Assembly: GCA_035084275.1 (NCBI GenBank)
Contig: CM068748.1
Location: 9,424,001-9,488,000 of the forward strand
Reading direction: 5' to 3'
DNA from: Hydrolagus colliei
Lineage: Eukaryota
DNA: 64,000 nt
Position numbers and translations under genes: made by a program. Shown here one piece after another: positions 1-10,415 of the stretch; the first letter of the stretch is position 1; each line of letters opens with the position of its first letter. The notes below the pieces were generated by a model. The model was given only the letters and a program-made list of their open reading frames with translations. It did no database searches and was not told the DNA's origin.

Positions 1-555
1 GTATCATTAATCACTTGTTTCCTTATATAGGGTACTTCATAATCAGCTGCATAATGTTACAACATTTAGATTTATAGACCAATGAATTTTTAAAGAGATC
101 CGTTAAAGACAGAAAAATAATTTAATTACAGTGTTTTTAACAAAATCAAACCTATTTTCACTGCTGTTGTTATTGCTATTAAAGTTCTGAAGATTGGATG
201 TTGTCTGTTGGACAAATTATTTTTCTGTTTCTATGAAGAAAGTATCAGTACTTTTACAAAAATGCTGTTCATTTAATGCTATACACAGAATGATAACAGA
301 AATGAGCTGCACTGGCATTGTAGCTGCTGATAAAAATGCTGGGAACTTCTTGGAGCATATTGAAAGTTAATTCATAATGGGTGATGTGTGCAACCTTTTA
401 TCAGGGAGAATCAAAACAAACTTCTAATGATCAAACACTTTCTGACATGAGCTGACCTATAGCATTAGTTGAAATGTGCAGCATATTAGGCACAAAAGTA
501 TATTTTAAAATGATTTCAAATCATTTTGCTAATATTTCTCCTTTTTTTTTAAAAG

Positions 556-672
556 CTTGAGGTTGAACTTGTCACATCAAAAGACCCATTCCCCCCACCA
601 TTGGAAGAGGGTTTATCCTGGGATATCTTTGAATCTGTTGTACTGCGACCACTCAAACATTCTGAAGTTGAA
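556..672 (+). CDS. CABCOCO1: CABCOCO1/C10orf107 (ciliary-associated calcium-binding coiled-coil protein 1), third-last coding exon
   Basis: Acceptor ctttttttttaaaag| and donor |gtatta; 117 nt, phase 0/0. Translates LEVELVTSKDPFPPPLEEGLSWDIFESVVLRPLKHSEVE, resembling human PFPNPLEEGISFDIY as recalled. The donor could alternatively fall after 666. Confidence 0.85.
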
Positions 673-774
673 GTATTACCAACTCATTATTAGAAATCAT
701 GATTTTTGAAAGTTATTTAATGCTTTGCGCAAAGCATGGTATTAAACCACGTTTTATAATTATTTGATTTGTAG

Positions 775-906
775 AGTGCACCAGAGGATGAGGAGAGTAA
801 GGATACCACAGATATTACTACTGTGGATCGTTTGGCATCTTACACTATAGAAGATGTCAAGTTAGTGCTTGGTCAAGTAACTACAGAAGTGCTTGGGAGG
901 GTCGAG
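775..906 (+). CDS. CABCOCO1: CABCOCO1 penultimate coding exon
   Basis: tttgatttgtag| ... GAG|gttggt; 132 nt, phase 0/0. Translates SAPEDEESKDTTDITTVDRLASYTIEDVKLVLGQVTTEVLGRVE, resembling human DPLVGFTIEDVKSVLDQVT as recalled. Confidence 0.9.
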
Positions 907-969
907 GTTGGTAATTTTCATTACTTGTGTAAATGATAAAAAGATGATGTATGATTACAGATATTAAAA

Positions 970-1100
970 TCCTTAGATGGTTAACGCACAGATGGTATAG
1001 TGCTAAACTGTAAAGACCAGAGAGTTGTATATTTCAGTGCTATGTGTGTTTTGTTGTGTTGAGCTAATTGAGGTGAAAAACCAGGTGGGGTTTTACAATT
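970..1100 (+). mobile_element. Degenerate tRNA-head SINE fragment (older family, also at ~6790-7120 and ~46030-46240 on minus)
   Basis: gcacagatggtatagtgctaaactgtaaagaccagagagttg...gtgttgagctaattgagg resembles the reverse complement of 7030-7110 (gagattagctaactcagcacagacctgggattcaaacc). Confidence 0.4.
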
Positions 1101-1849
1101 TGTCTCAGTACTTTCTGCACTAGGAAGGGGGGAAATTGCGTTAACTGCACTAGATCACCATTTGGTGAATCCTACTGGAAGTGGAAAGTGCTTGTGTGTG
1201 GAACTTGGGTGAAAACATATTTGGGCTGAGATGTGGTCCTCAACATTCAAATAGCTCGTTGGCATTCACTGAATATACAAAAATAGCCACTAAGTGGGTT
1301 ATCAGAAGACCGGGAAATTATACCTTAGCAAATATTAGTCCTATAAAGAGAGGAAAAGGAAGAAATTTGGCCCAGCTTACTTGGAATTCAGCTGACATCA
1401 TATATGATTGATCTGTTCCCCATGATATTCTGCATGTTCCTCATGAAACAGTGTTAAAAACAATTTTTGTCATGTGCCCAAATTGGAACGTGAATATTTC
1501 TAATTGACTACTAAGAGACTTCACTCCGCAGCAAACCATATCTGCCCAATGATCTGTACTAATCTGTACAATCTTTCTTCAAAAAGATTATCTCAAACAT
1601 TGTAGTCAGGATACTTTCCACCCAAGGATAGATCTGAAAGTAAATCAACTGTCCACTTATGGAAGATCCAGTCAGAAGGTTTTTAAGTAATTTTTTTAAA
1701 ATTCCACATATGTGTGTGCAAGATCCTATTCACAGGATGAAGCTCCATGGAATAGTAAGGCTGTAGTAAAATGTCAGCCACATATGGTAACAGTCTAGTT
1801 GTTAAATTACTGTTGTTAAATCTGTAAGGAATAGGGACATTTCCCCAGA

Positions 1850-2160
1850 AGTCTAACACTTCTGGTGGAGAAGGAGGGTGACCGAAGGCATGGTCGAGAG
1901 GAGGCTCTTGATACGGGTCCTGAAGGAGGAAAGTGAGGGTTTGGGGGGAGGGACTATGTGATGGAGTTTCAGAGGGTGGTCACAGAGTGGCTGACGGCTA
2001 GCCTGCAAATAGTGGGGTGGGCAAGGCAGGGGACGCGAGTGGACAGGTTGGGTGGGGGTTAGGAGGTCGCAGATGTATGGGGGAGCAAGGCCATTGAGGG
2101 CTTTGAAAGTGAAGCCCAGGATCTTGAACTGTATCCTCTGTGTGATGGGACTTCTGGGTA
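1850..2160 (-). mobile_element. L2-clade LINE 3' ORF2/UTR remnant
   Basis: Minus-strand translation SPITQRIQFKILGFTFKALNGLAPPYICDLL is typical of the L2 ORF2 C-terminus. The plus strand is purine-rich, unlike the flanks. Confidence 0.8.
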
Positions 2161-2185
2161 TTTTGAGGTAAACGGTATTTTTTTG

Positions 2186-2306
2186 CATAATTGGCTTCGC
2201 CCACAAAAATACAATCAATTCACTTTACAGTATATTCTGTGAAGCGATTTAAGACATCTAGAAGATGTGAAATGCACTCTATTAAATGCAAGGATTATTG
2301 TTATTA
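2186..2306 (+). mobile_element. 3' part of abundant tRNA-derived SINE (family A)
   Basis: cgcccacaaa...ttcactttacagtatattctgtgaagcg...aaatgcaaggattatt tail shared with the full-length copies at 9649, 24576 and 43790. Confidence 0.85.
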
Positions 2307-3726
2307 ACAAGCTTATATGAAATGGAACAGGTTTTTTTCCGCTGTACAAGTTACTTTTTTAAAATATAAGACCATCAGTATTAATCCATTGCATTATTAA
2401 AATGTGATAACTTTGTAAGCCATTTTCTTTCTTGATCAGCTAGGTATCTAAGCTTTGAGATGTTCCCCCTTATTTGAAAGATACTATATGAATAAATATA
2501 AATTATACTGTATCTAATACATGCAGAAACAAATCACCATTTAAACTTTTTTTTTCCTGTACAACACAAAGTAAACACAAACAAATGAGTTGCAGAAACA
2601 AGGCAGCTGCTAATACAAATGCTGGGAATTTCTGGGAGCATACATTAAGAGTATCCAAACAAGAATAGATTGAGAGTTCCATATATGTATGTCATCTATA
2701 CATGAAACTTTATATGTGTCTTAAATGAAATTTGCACAATCTTCCTAGAGGGATGGACCCTGCTTACCTAATTCATGAGTAACAGGCATAGTTTGGTGCG
2801 AGCCAACATAGTGTGTTGGGGATACTCCTTGAGTTCATCTAGGTAAAACCACATTACCTGCCTTTGAGTTCACTGTCTGACCTACTTCCTGCTGTTTATC
2901 CAGTGATAGATGACTTACCCATTAGGGCTTTGGCTTCAGGGTTAACAGAAACCGAGCATGGAAGAATCCATGCTCTTAATTACCTGCCTCTCCAAGTCCT
3001 AAAACAAGCCAGGCTGGCAGGTCTGTCAGTAGTGCTTTCGAGTACTGTTGACCTGGCTGGCTCAGGAACCAGATTACCATGAGCAAATAGAGTTTTGAAT
3101 TGATTCTGACATTCAGTTGCCAACTACATCATCTTGGAGCCAGCTCAGATCCAAGGAGAGCCATTTGCCTCCTCCTTTCCCTCCCCAAAATATTATTACT
3201 AATTGGTCATTTGATATTGACAAATCTTTTGAATCCATCACTGACATGTTCGTTTACCAAATGCTTTAATCTTTAATTTGTTGCACAATAACAAGTTTCT
3301 TCATGTTATTTGGTACTTGTTGTACAATATATGCCATGCCTGGGGTAACAAACTGCTCCTTTTATTTATTGTGGAATTGTTTTCAGATTTTCTATTACGG
3401 AAAGAAAATATAGTGGAACTTTATTAGAACACAGTGCTTGAGGAGGTTCATAAAATCCCAACCCAGTGTTATGATAGTTGGTTTCATTGTACATACTTAA
3501 CAAAAGCCAGTACCCATGCCAAAAATAATGCAATTGCTGGGTCACCAGGTTGCCATTCACATTTTATCCTGTGTATTCATATCACACATAGCCAACAGCT
3601 GTGTAACTGAACCGCCCAGTTCACCGGCCATGGTAAATTGTAGGTTTTGTAGATTTAATGCACCTTATCACATCAAGATGCCTCAGAATACTTCACAAGT
3701 ACTTCCTATAGTCAAATATAACAATT

Positions 3727-3872
3727 AATAATAATCCTTGCATTTGATATAGCTCTTTTCAAGACTTCTGGACGTCTCAAAGCGCCTCATAGAATATGTA
3801 ATATGTAAAGTGAATTGACTGTATATTTGTGGGTAAAATACAGAAATCATTTGTGCCAGCAAGATTCTACAA
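3727..3872 (-). mobile_element. SINE family A 3' fragment
   Basis: aataataatccttgcatttgatatagc...gtaaagtgaattgactgtatatttgtggg is the reverse complement of the family tail. Confidence 0.85.
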
Positions 3873-4260
3873 AGTGCCAGGATCCAGAATAAACTCCACT
3901 CTTTTTCTCATAGAAGAATGTCCATCAAAAACAAGCAAGTAGTCAAAGATGCTGATAAAGCCATTGGGTAAAGGGTAAAAGTACAAAAACTAAAGGTTAA
4001 CATTAAATAAATTATTACTTTATAACTATAGCCAAAAAGATGAGTAAATCAACAGAAACAACAAACCAAATATATTTCCATAAAACTATCAAAACAAAAT
4101 AGTGTCAGTGTGAGGCATCTACTTATAGAACTGCAGGAATTGAAAAAAATGTTTTTCTATAATTCACTGGGTTCCTTTCCAGGAAGTAACCACTAGATAT
4201 ATCATTTTTTATGAATTTGTGAATTATATTAAAATGGCTCACAGATTAAGTTAGCATCAC

Positions 4261-4578
4261 AATGATCCTTGCATTTGATATGGCGCTTTTCACGTCTTCT
4301 AGATGTATCAAACCGCGTCGCAGAATATACTGTAAAGTGGACATAATAAATAATAATTCTTGCATTTTAGACAGCACTTTTTATGTTTTCTAGATCTCAA
4401 AGCACTTCATAGAATGTACTGTAAAGTGAATTGATTGTATATTTGTGGGCAAAATTGATTTGACTGTATATTTGTGGGCGAAACGCAGCAGCCAATTGTG
4501 CACAGCAGTGTCCCACAAACGCTCGTGAATTGAGTGACCAAATTATTCTTGGTAATTTTTAAGGATTATTATTATTAT
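4261..4578 (-). mobile_element. Two tandem SINE family A 3' fragments with an internal duplication
   Basis: Tails at 4261 and ~4350. ttgaYtgtatatttgtgggc occurs twice, followed by the core gcagcagccaattgtgcacagcagtgtcccacaaac. Confidence 0.85.
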
Positions 4579-4679
4579 TCAGACTGAGCACCAAAGTCCT
4601 TCATAACCAAATGCGCTGTCAAAAAAACAACTGGCGTTGTTAGCCACCTGTACAATACAGTGAACACACGGTGCATCTG

Positions 4680-5030
4680 CACCCTTGTCCACAAATTCCT
4701 TCATGCCCCATCACCTCCCTACTTCTCCGACCTGCTGACTCCCCATTCCACCAATCGCTTCCGCTCGACTGGCTGTGGCATCTTGCTTGTCCCACGCCCC
4801 CTCCACTGCACCACTGGTTGCCATGCTTTTAGCCGCTACACTCACAAACGTTTGAACTCTCTCCCTCAATCTTTGCCACCCTCTGTCCCCATCTTTCTCT
4901 TTGACTGTGTTTATGGTCACCTCCCTCCAACACCAGCCCCCCCCACCCTACGGCTTGGCGTCAGGCTCTGCTACTGCACTCCCAGGATGTTGCGCCTTGT
5001 GAAGGTCGCTATATAAATGTAAGTTGTTGC
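4680..5030 (+). mobile_element. L2-clade LINE 3' end
   Basis: Translation LVHKFLHAPSPPYFSDLL; pyrimidine-rich UTR; terminal gtgaaggtcgctatataaatgtaagttgttg. Confidence 0.8.
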
Positions 5031-5296
5031 ATTTATATGGTGCCTTTTACATTCAGCAATATATCACATATATCACAATCTTGCTTACTTAATTTTTTTT
5101 AAATTCATAAGTAAACACCATTTGTCTATCTCCTGTTGTGCATCACTTCAAATGGAAATCTTTGGGAAACAGAATGCTTCCTTAAGGTAACCTTTGTCTT
5201 TCCACCTTTGGGACCTGAATTTGATTCTACTCTATAAGGTGGACTGAAGATCTAGCAACAGGGTGTTCACTTACTGCTAGGTAAACAGAGGAATGA

Positions 5297-5392
5297 GGAG
5301 TAAGGAAACTTTCCCAACATTTCACTCTGCCAGGGAATCAAAGCCAGTTCCTCTCACTTGTGAAGCGAGTGCTCTAACCATGAAGTTACAAG
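5297..5392 (-). mobile_element. SINE family A 5' (tRNA-like head) fragment
   Basis: ggagtaaggaaactt...ctctcacttgtgaagcgagtgctctaacca is the reverse complement of the A/B-box head of the 24576 copy. Confidence 0.75.
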
Positions 5393-5897
5393 TACATGAC
5401 AGGACAGCACTTCCAATTAGACAGCATACTAGCACCTTAATGGGGTGTAGCTTTGGCTATTTGAGCTCAAAGCCTGTTGTCATTGGGCGTGAACTCGCAA
5501 CTTCTGTTGTAAAAATGTTTTAAAGTTGTAATTGATAGCGCAGTGGATAATATTTTAACCTCTGAGTGATAGCAGATATTTTTTTGTTTCAAATGAATTT
5601 GCTTGCCTGAATATACAGATAATGGTAGATCTGTCTGTGCTGAACAATGTGTGAAAGATAATAATCCTGAAACAACAATTCCTGGTACCTCCTGTTCATT
5701 ATAGATATAATGTGCATTGGGTTGTAGACTTTGAGACTTTTACAATTATCAAACGTGGACAGGCTGGGCAATCTAAGAGAATGACAAACAGGAAGGTGGA
5801 AGAATGAAGACTGTTGAATGTGTAACCCTATTGGTACATCAGAATCTAAAAGTGATTGTGCAGCATATGATGATACTTCATTGTATTCTCTTAACAG

Positions 5898-5972
5898 ACT
5901 GAGATAAATGAAAAGCTACACAAACAGGAAGAGGCCTATAGTACAAGGATCGAAAAACTGAAAAATCCCTGA
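5898..5972 (+). CDS. CABCOCO1: CABCOCO1 terminal coding exon (C-terminal coiled coil and stop)
   Basis: ttctcttaacag|ACT...CCC TGA. Translates TEINEKLHKQEEAYSTRIEKLKNP*, matching human [24 protein letters not shown] as recalled. In frame with the preceding exon. Confidence 0.92.
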   Translation, partial: TEINEKLHKQEEAYSTRIEKLKNP

Positions 5973-6711
5973 GGCAAGTTACAGAAAGTGATTGTCAGCA
6001 TTCCCTACAGATCACAACTCAGCAAGATATACATTTTGTCTTTCGCAGGTTACGTGTTTCTTAACTTATTATTTAACCAAAGCCTTATTAACTTATTCCA
6101 AAGTGTGTAACAAAAAAACTTGAAGTTAGATAAACTGATGGTCTACTTCTACCTCAAAGTTACTATCTTGGTATTCTTCATGAAAAAGTATTGATAGCGA
6201 AAAGTCATGAGTCATTTTATCACTGTGATAAAATGTATGTGACATAATGATATGTTTTGACATGATGTGTATCATTGGATCTTGCTATAAAACAAGTTTA
6301 AAAAATTGTTTACTAACAGTTTTTCATAACAATGTTGCCCATTAATATCTCACTTTTCTGTGTTTTTTCCCCAGTGCCTCTTTTTACTACACTCCAGTTT
6401 AGATGCCAAACTGAAGATGAGTATCCAGGTACCCACTCATATGGACTTTAACGAGTGCCAGTCTTTACCACAAATTTAAGTTGGCAATCCTTATTGTGTT
6501 TTACTTAAATTGTTATATATTTAATTTTCTAATGTATTTTGTTTTCTTTTTCTCCATTTTCCAACTGATGATCCTTGAGGGTTATTCAGCTCAGAATTAA
6601 CAAATTCAGTGATGTGGGCTGTTTTGTTGTAATTTCTAAACGTTTATTTTGTTCTTGTATGATTTTTGATTAACACCATTTAAATTGTTAATAGTTCTAT
6701 TGTACTCTACA

Positions 6712-6717
6712 AATAAA
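6712..6717 (+). terminator. Candidate polyadenylation signal (AATAAA) for CABCOCO1
   Basis: First AATAAA I noticed after the stop codon, about 740 nt downstream; another lies at 7195-7200. Usage cannot be shown from sequence. Confidence 0.4.
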
Positions 6718-6787
6718 ATTATGCAAATATTTACAAGACTATCAAGCAAAATGTCATAATTTGTGAAATTTTCATTTCAACAAGAAG

Positions 6788-7120
6788 AACAATAACAAAA
6801 TTACAGTAGTATAGCATCTTTCACATCACAAAGACATTCCAAGGCACTGGAAACACCTACAGTAGTTTAGTTTAGGGAAGTGGGGCAGGGGTTGGGCCAT
6901 TTTCTTTCCTCTCTCAATTTATTTTATCATGCTGAATATGCAGCAGGGGTCATCGGATAGTGATTAGCAGCAGAAACCCAGGCTGTTTTTCCCTTTCCTA
7001 CCCAGGGGCAGTGAAGCACTGTTCTGGCTGAGATTAGCTAACTCAGCACAGACCTGGGATTCAAACCAGTGACCTTCTGGAAGATTTACTGCTGTGACTG
7101 TGGTTCTTTTGTCCACTTAG
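6788..7120 (-). mobile_element. Older tRNA-head SINE with L2-type tail
   Basis: Tail aacaataacaaaattac...tatagcatctttcacatc...caaggcact; head ctaactcagcacagacctgggattcaaacc (B box on minus). Confidence 0.55.
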
Positions 7121-7591
7121 TTTTTTCACAGAAGTTAATGTGTTCTTGGCAAATTGTATGATTACTTATTCCGAATCATTTTAACTTCATATAAAATAAA
7201 CAGATTTTCTTAAAGTAAGTGCACTGAATTTTATTTGTAAGCTTTTATAATGAAACTACATTACCTACATAGATAAAATTGCTTTAGTAGAGTCTAATGA
7301 AATAGTGTTTTCCTTGGTTAAATGATTTATTGTAAAAAAATTATATTTGCAATGTTAAAACCTCCTGAATTATTTTCTGTGGAAACAAGATCGAAGGAAA
7401 ATCTAACAGTATCTTAAAGTCACTGCTTTGCTCTTACATTTTATAATCTTATTACCATGACATTTTTTGACATGGTACATATTACAAAATGTTTATTTTA
7501 ATGTACAGAATCTATAATTATGTAAAATATGGTTTATATTCTTATCACTAAATACAAAAGAATTAAGATTATGATAAACCAAAGAAATGTC

Positions 7592-8400
7592 ACAGTTGTC
7601 AGTCTGGCTCAGTGGAAGCACTATTGCCTCTAAGTCAGAAGGTTGTGAGTTCAAGCCCCATATCAAGACTTTATAATAATAATAATCCTTGCATTTGACA
7701 TTGTGCTTTGTCGCACTGTCTTGACATTTCAAAACGCTTTACAGGATAAAGTGGTTTGCCTATATTTTGTGAGCAGTCAATTTACGCACAAGAATGTCCC
7801 ACAAAAAAACATGAAGAGAGGGAGACTAATTTTATTTGAAGAATTATTGGCCATGACTCCCTTTCCGATTAGTTCTATGGGATCTTTAAGGTTCACCTGA
7901 ACAGGCAGACTGGACCTCGATTTAATGTCGATTTAATGTCTCATCAGAGGCATGTCTGACAATGCCACAGCCCCAGCATTACATTGGAGTATCAGCTAAG
8001 GCTAAGTGATTGCAAGTCCCAACATGGGGATTAAATTCACAAACGTCTGACTCAGAGTCTAGAGTGCTACCAGTTAGCCAAGCTGACATACTGACTTCGA
8101 ATTTATCATCTGGGCTACTGCAGTTCTTGGTGTGCTGCATTGTTGGAGGTGCTGTCCTTCAGATCAAACATTAAACCAAAGTTATGTCTGCTTGCTCAGG
8201 CGGATGTTAAAGATCCCATGGCAAAAAGGGAAGGGAGTTTCTCTCAAAGTCCAGTTTAACAACCCCCTACTTCTTTGGATACTATTGTAAACAGATTGAC
8301 TGAATCATTTGCCTATAAATACTCAGTCACAACAATTCGCTGTGAATCCGGTGAAGAGCTTTGAGATATCCTTCTGAAGTGAAAGATGTGAGACAAAAAA
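7592..8400 (+). mobile_element. Deu-domain SINE (SacSINE1/AmnSINE1-like), interrupted at ~7672-8090 by an inverted copy
   Basis: Head ggctcagtggaagcactattgcctctaagtcagaaggttgtgagttcaagcccc. It resumes after 8090 with gtgctgcattgttggaggtgctgtccttcagat...ctcaggcggatgttaaagatcccatggca (Deu domain). Confidence 0.75.
7672..8090 (-). mobile_element. Near full-length Deu-domain SINE nested in opposite orientation
   Basis: Tail taataataatccttgcattt; Deu core atgggatctttaaggttcacctgaacaggcagac; head ctgactcagagtctagagtgctacc...gccaagctgaca. Confidence 0.8.
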
Positions 8401-8578
8401 TACAATAATAAAATTGGTCAATTCAATCCACGACTGTTTGTGGGACACTGCGCAATTGGCTGCAGCATTTCGCCTACAAATGTACAGTCAATGCACTTTA
8501 CAGTAGATTCTGTGAAGTACTTTGAGACATCGATAAGATGTGAAAAGCGGTATATAAAATGCACAGATTATTATTATG
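8400..8578 (+). mobile_element. SINE family A 3' half
   Basis: aaattggtcaattcaatccacgactgtttgtgggacactg...tatataaaatgcacagattattatt. Confidence 0.85.
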
Positions 8579-9036
8579 CTATAGTAAATTCAAGGATGAT
8601 TATTATTTATTTAAATGTCATTTCAAAATTACCTAATACTGTAATTACCTTTACACAGTGTATTTTAAAATTTTCAGAATAATAACCTTATTTTCAAGAA
8701 AACTGATTTAATATAGCACAAACTTCAGATAATAGAATCAATGAATGTCATACAAAGCAACTGTATTCTTCCAATGGAAAGTATGCTTAGTGGAGCCTCC
8801 TGGTGTTGGATTGTGCGATTGCAGGAATACAATAACTTGGTTAAAAAAAGTGTCCACAAATATTTGTAACATCTACTTCACATTCTCATTCTATTTTTCA
8901 AAAAATCAGTTTGGAATGTAGCTATTTTTAAAATAATATGTCAATCTTTCTTGTTATTTCCCAGTGGAAACCTAAAATGAGAAGTCAATCAAGACGTGGT
9001 TTCAGCTATGTCTCCTGATGAATTATTCACTGGTTT

Positions 9037-9390
9037 ATAATAATCCCTGCATTTTGTGTAATGCTTTTTTGGGCGAAATGTCTTAAAGCACTTCATTACA
9101 GACCATAGCCTGCAGTGACTGTGTATTTTTTAAGGTGAATATGGTAACCAATTTATACACACCAATGTACCACAAACAGCTATGAAGTGATTTTATTTGG
9201 GGGATTGTTGGCTAGAACACCAGGAAAAAACACTATTTTTTGAAGTACCATAAAATCTTTAATGTTCAGCTGAACCTATCAACAGTTTAGCTTCTCAGAT
9301 GAAGGGTGACACGTCTATCCATTCTGCACAACCCCAGCACTGCATTGGAGTATCAACCTAGACTACCAACTCAAAGGCCCAACTGGGCTA
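9037..9390 (-). mobile_element. Degenerate Deu-domain SINE
   Basis: taataatccctgcattt tail; ccacaaacagc; gaacaccagg; cagcactgcattggagtatcaacctaga, similar to 7975-8000. Confidence 0.65.
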
Positions 9391-9648
9391 ACGACTGAGC
9401 TAGACATAGCATAGCTAAGTAAACTGATATATGATATAAAATATTCTTTTTTCATATAGTTTTTTATGTTATAGTAATCTAAAGCTTATATTGCTGCCTT
9501 GAATACAAATTTGTATACATAGATAGGATTTATGTTTATACTTATGATTTCCCTAAGTGGTAAGCTTTGCTTTATATTGAAAAAAACAGATAGAATCAAG
9601 TAACCGTGTGCAGATTCTTGAAAGATTGTGCTTGTTTGTGCAATCTTT

Positions 9649-9925
9649 GAGTCCTAAAGCTCAGTGGTTCAAGCACTTGCTTTACAAGCGAAAGATCTGG
9701 GTTCAATTCCCGGCAAGGTGAAACCTAGGGCAAGCTTCCTTACTCCACATGCCTAATAATAATCCCTCAAAAATAAACAATAATAAATTGGTCATTTCAA
9801 TCCACAATTGTTTGTGGGACAGTTGGCTGCCGCATTTGCCCACAAATATACAGTAAATTCACTTTACAATATACTTAATCTGTGAAGCGTTGATATGTTT
9901 AGAAGACGTGATAAGATGCTATATC
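9649..9925 (+). mobile_element. Near full-length tRNA-derived SINE family A (resembles C. milii SINE2-type repeats)
   Basis: Pol III A box (agctcagtgg), B box (gggttcaattccc), ggcaagcttccttactccaca, core tgtttgtgggaca and L2-like tail. Confidence 0.88.
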
Positions 9926-10214
9926 ATCATCTTTGCACAGCTTTGAGAGAGACAAAACTTGGAGATTTAACAAATTCCTAGTATGGAGGAGGAATAGCTG
10001 TAGGGCACATGAATGTATGTTAATATTGTGAATTGTCTTTATAGCTAGTTATTCAAAAGCGGAGTGTAGAAAAAGGTTAATTGACCACCTCTATAGCCAA
10101 AGAATGGTACCTCACTTGGTACAAATAATGCAAAATTGAAAAAAGTGGGAAATGCTTTTTAAAAAAGATTTTAAACCTGCAGCACATTTCCACTCATATA
10201 GGAATTGTACAATA

Positions 10215-10415
10215 CAATATCATTTACATTTATACAGTATACTGCTTATCATGTGGGAAGGATGTCTGAAAGGGCACCCAAGCTGGCGGTGGGAGTCAAG
10301 CGAAGTGGGGAGAGGCATAATAACCAAAGATGTGGTCAACAAGGTATACTTTGAGATGTGTGAGGAAGGAGCAAATCAGAAGAACTCCAGAATGGAGTTC
10401 CAAACTCCACCGTAG
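10215..10415 (-). mobile_element. L2 3' UTR remnant
   Basis: catttacatttatacag tail followed by purine-rich accaaagatgtggtcaacaagg...ggagttccaa, similar to 48840-48995. Confidence 0.5.

Noticed and set aside
1853-2218. 121-aa ORF, and similar ORFs at 4660-5016 and 19756-19983
   Set aside because: Fragments of L2 ORF2/UTR, not host genes.
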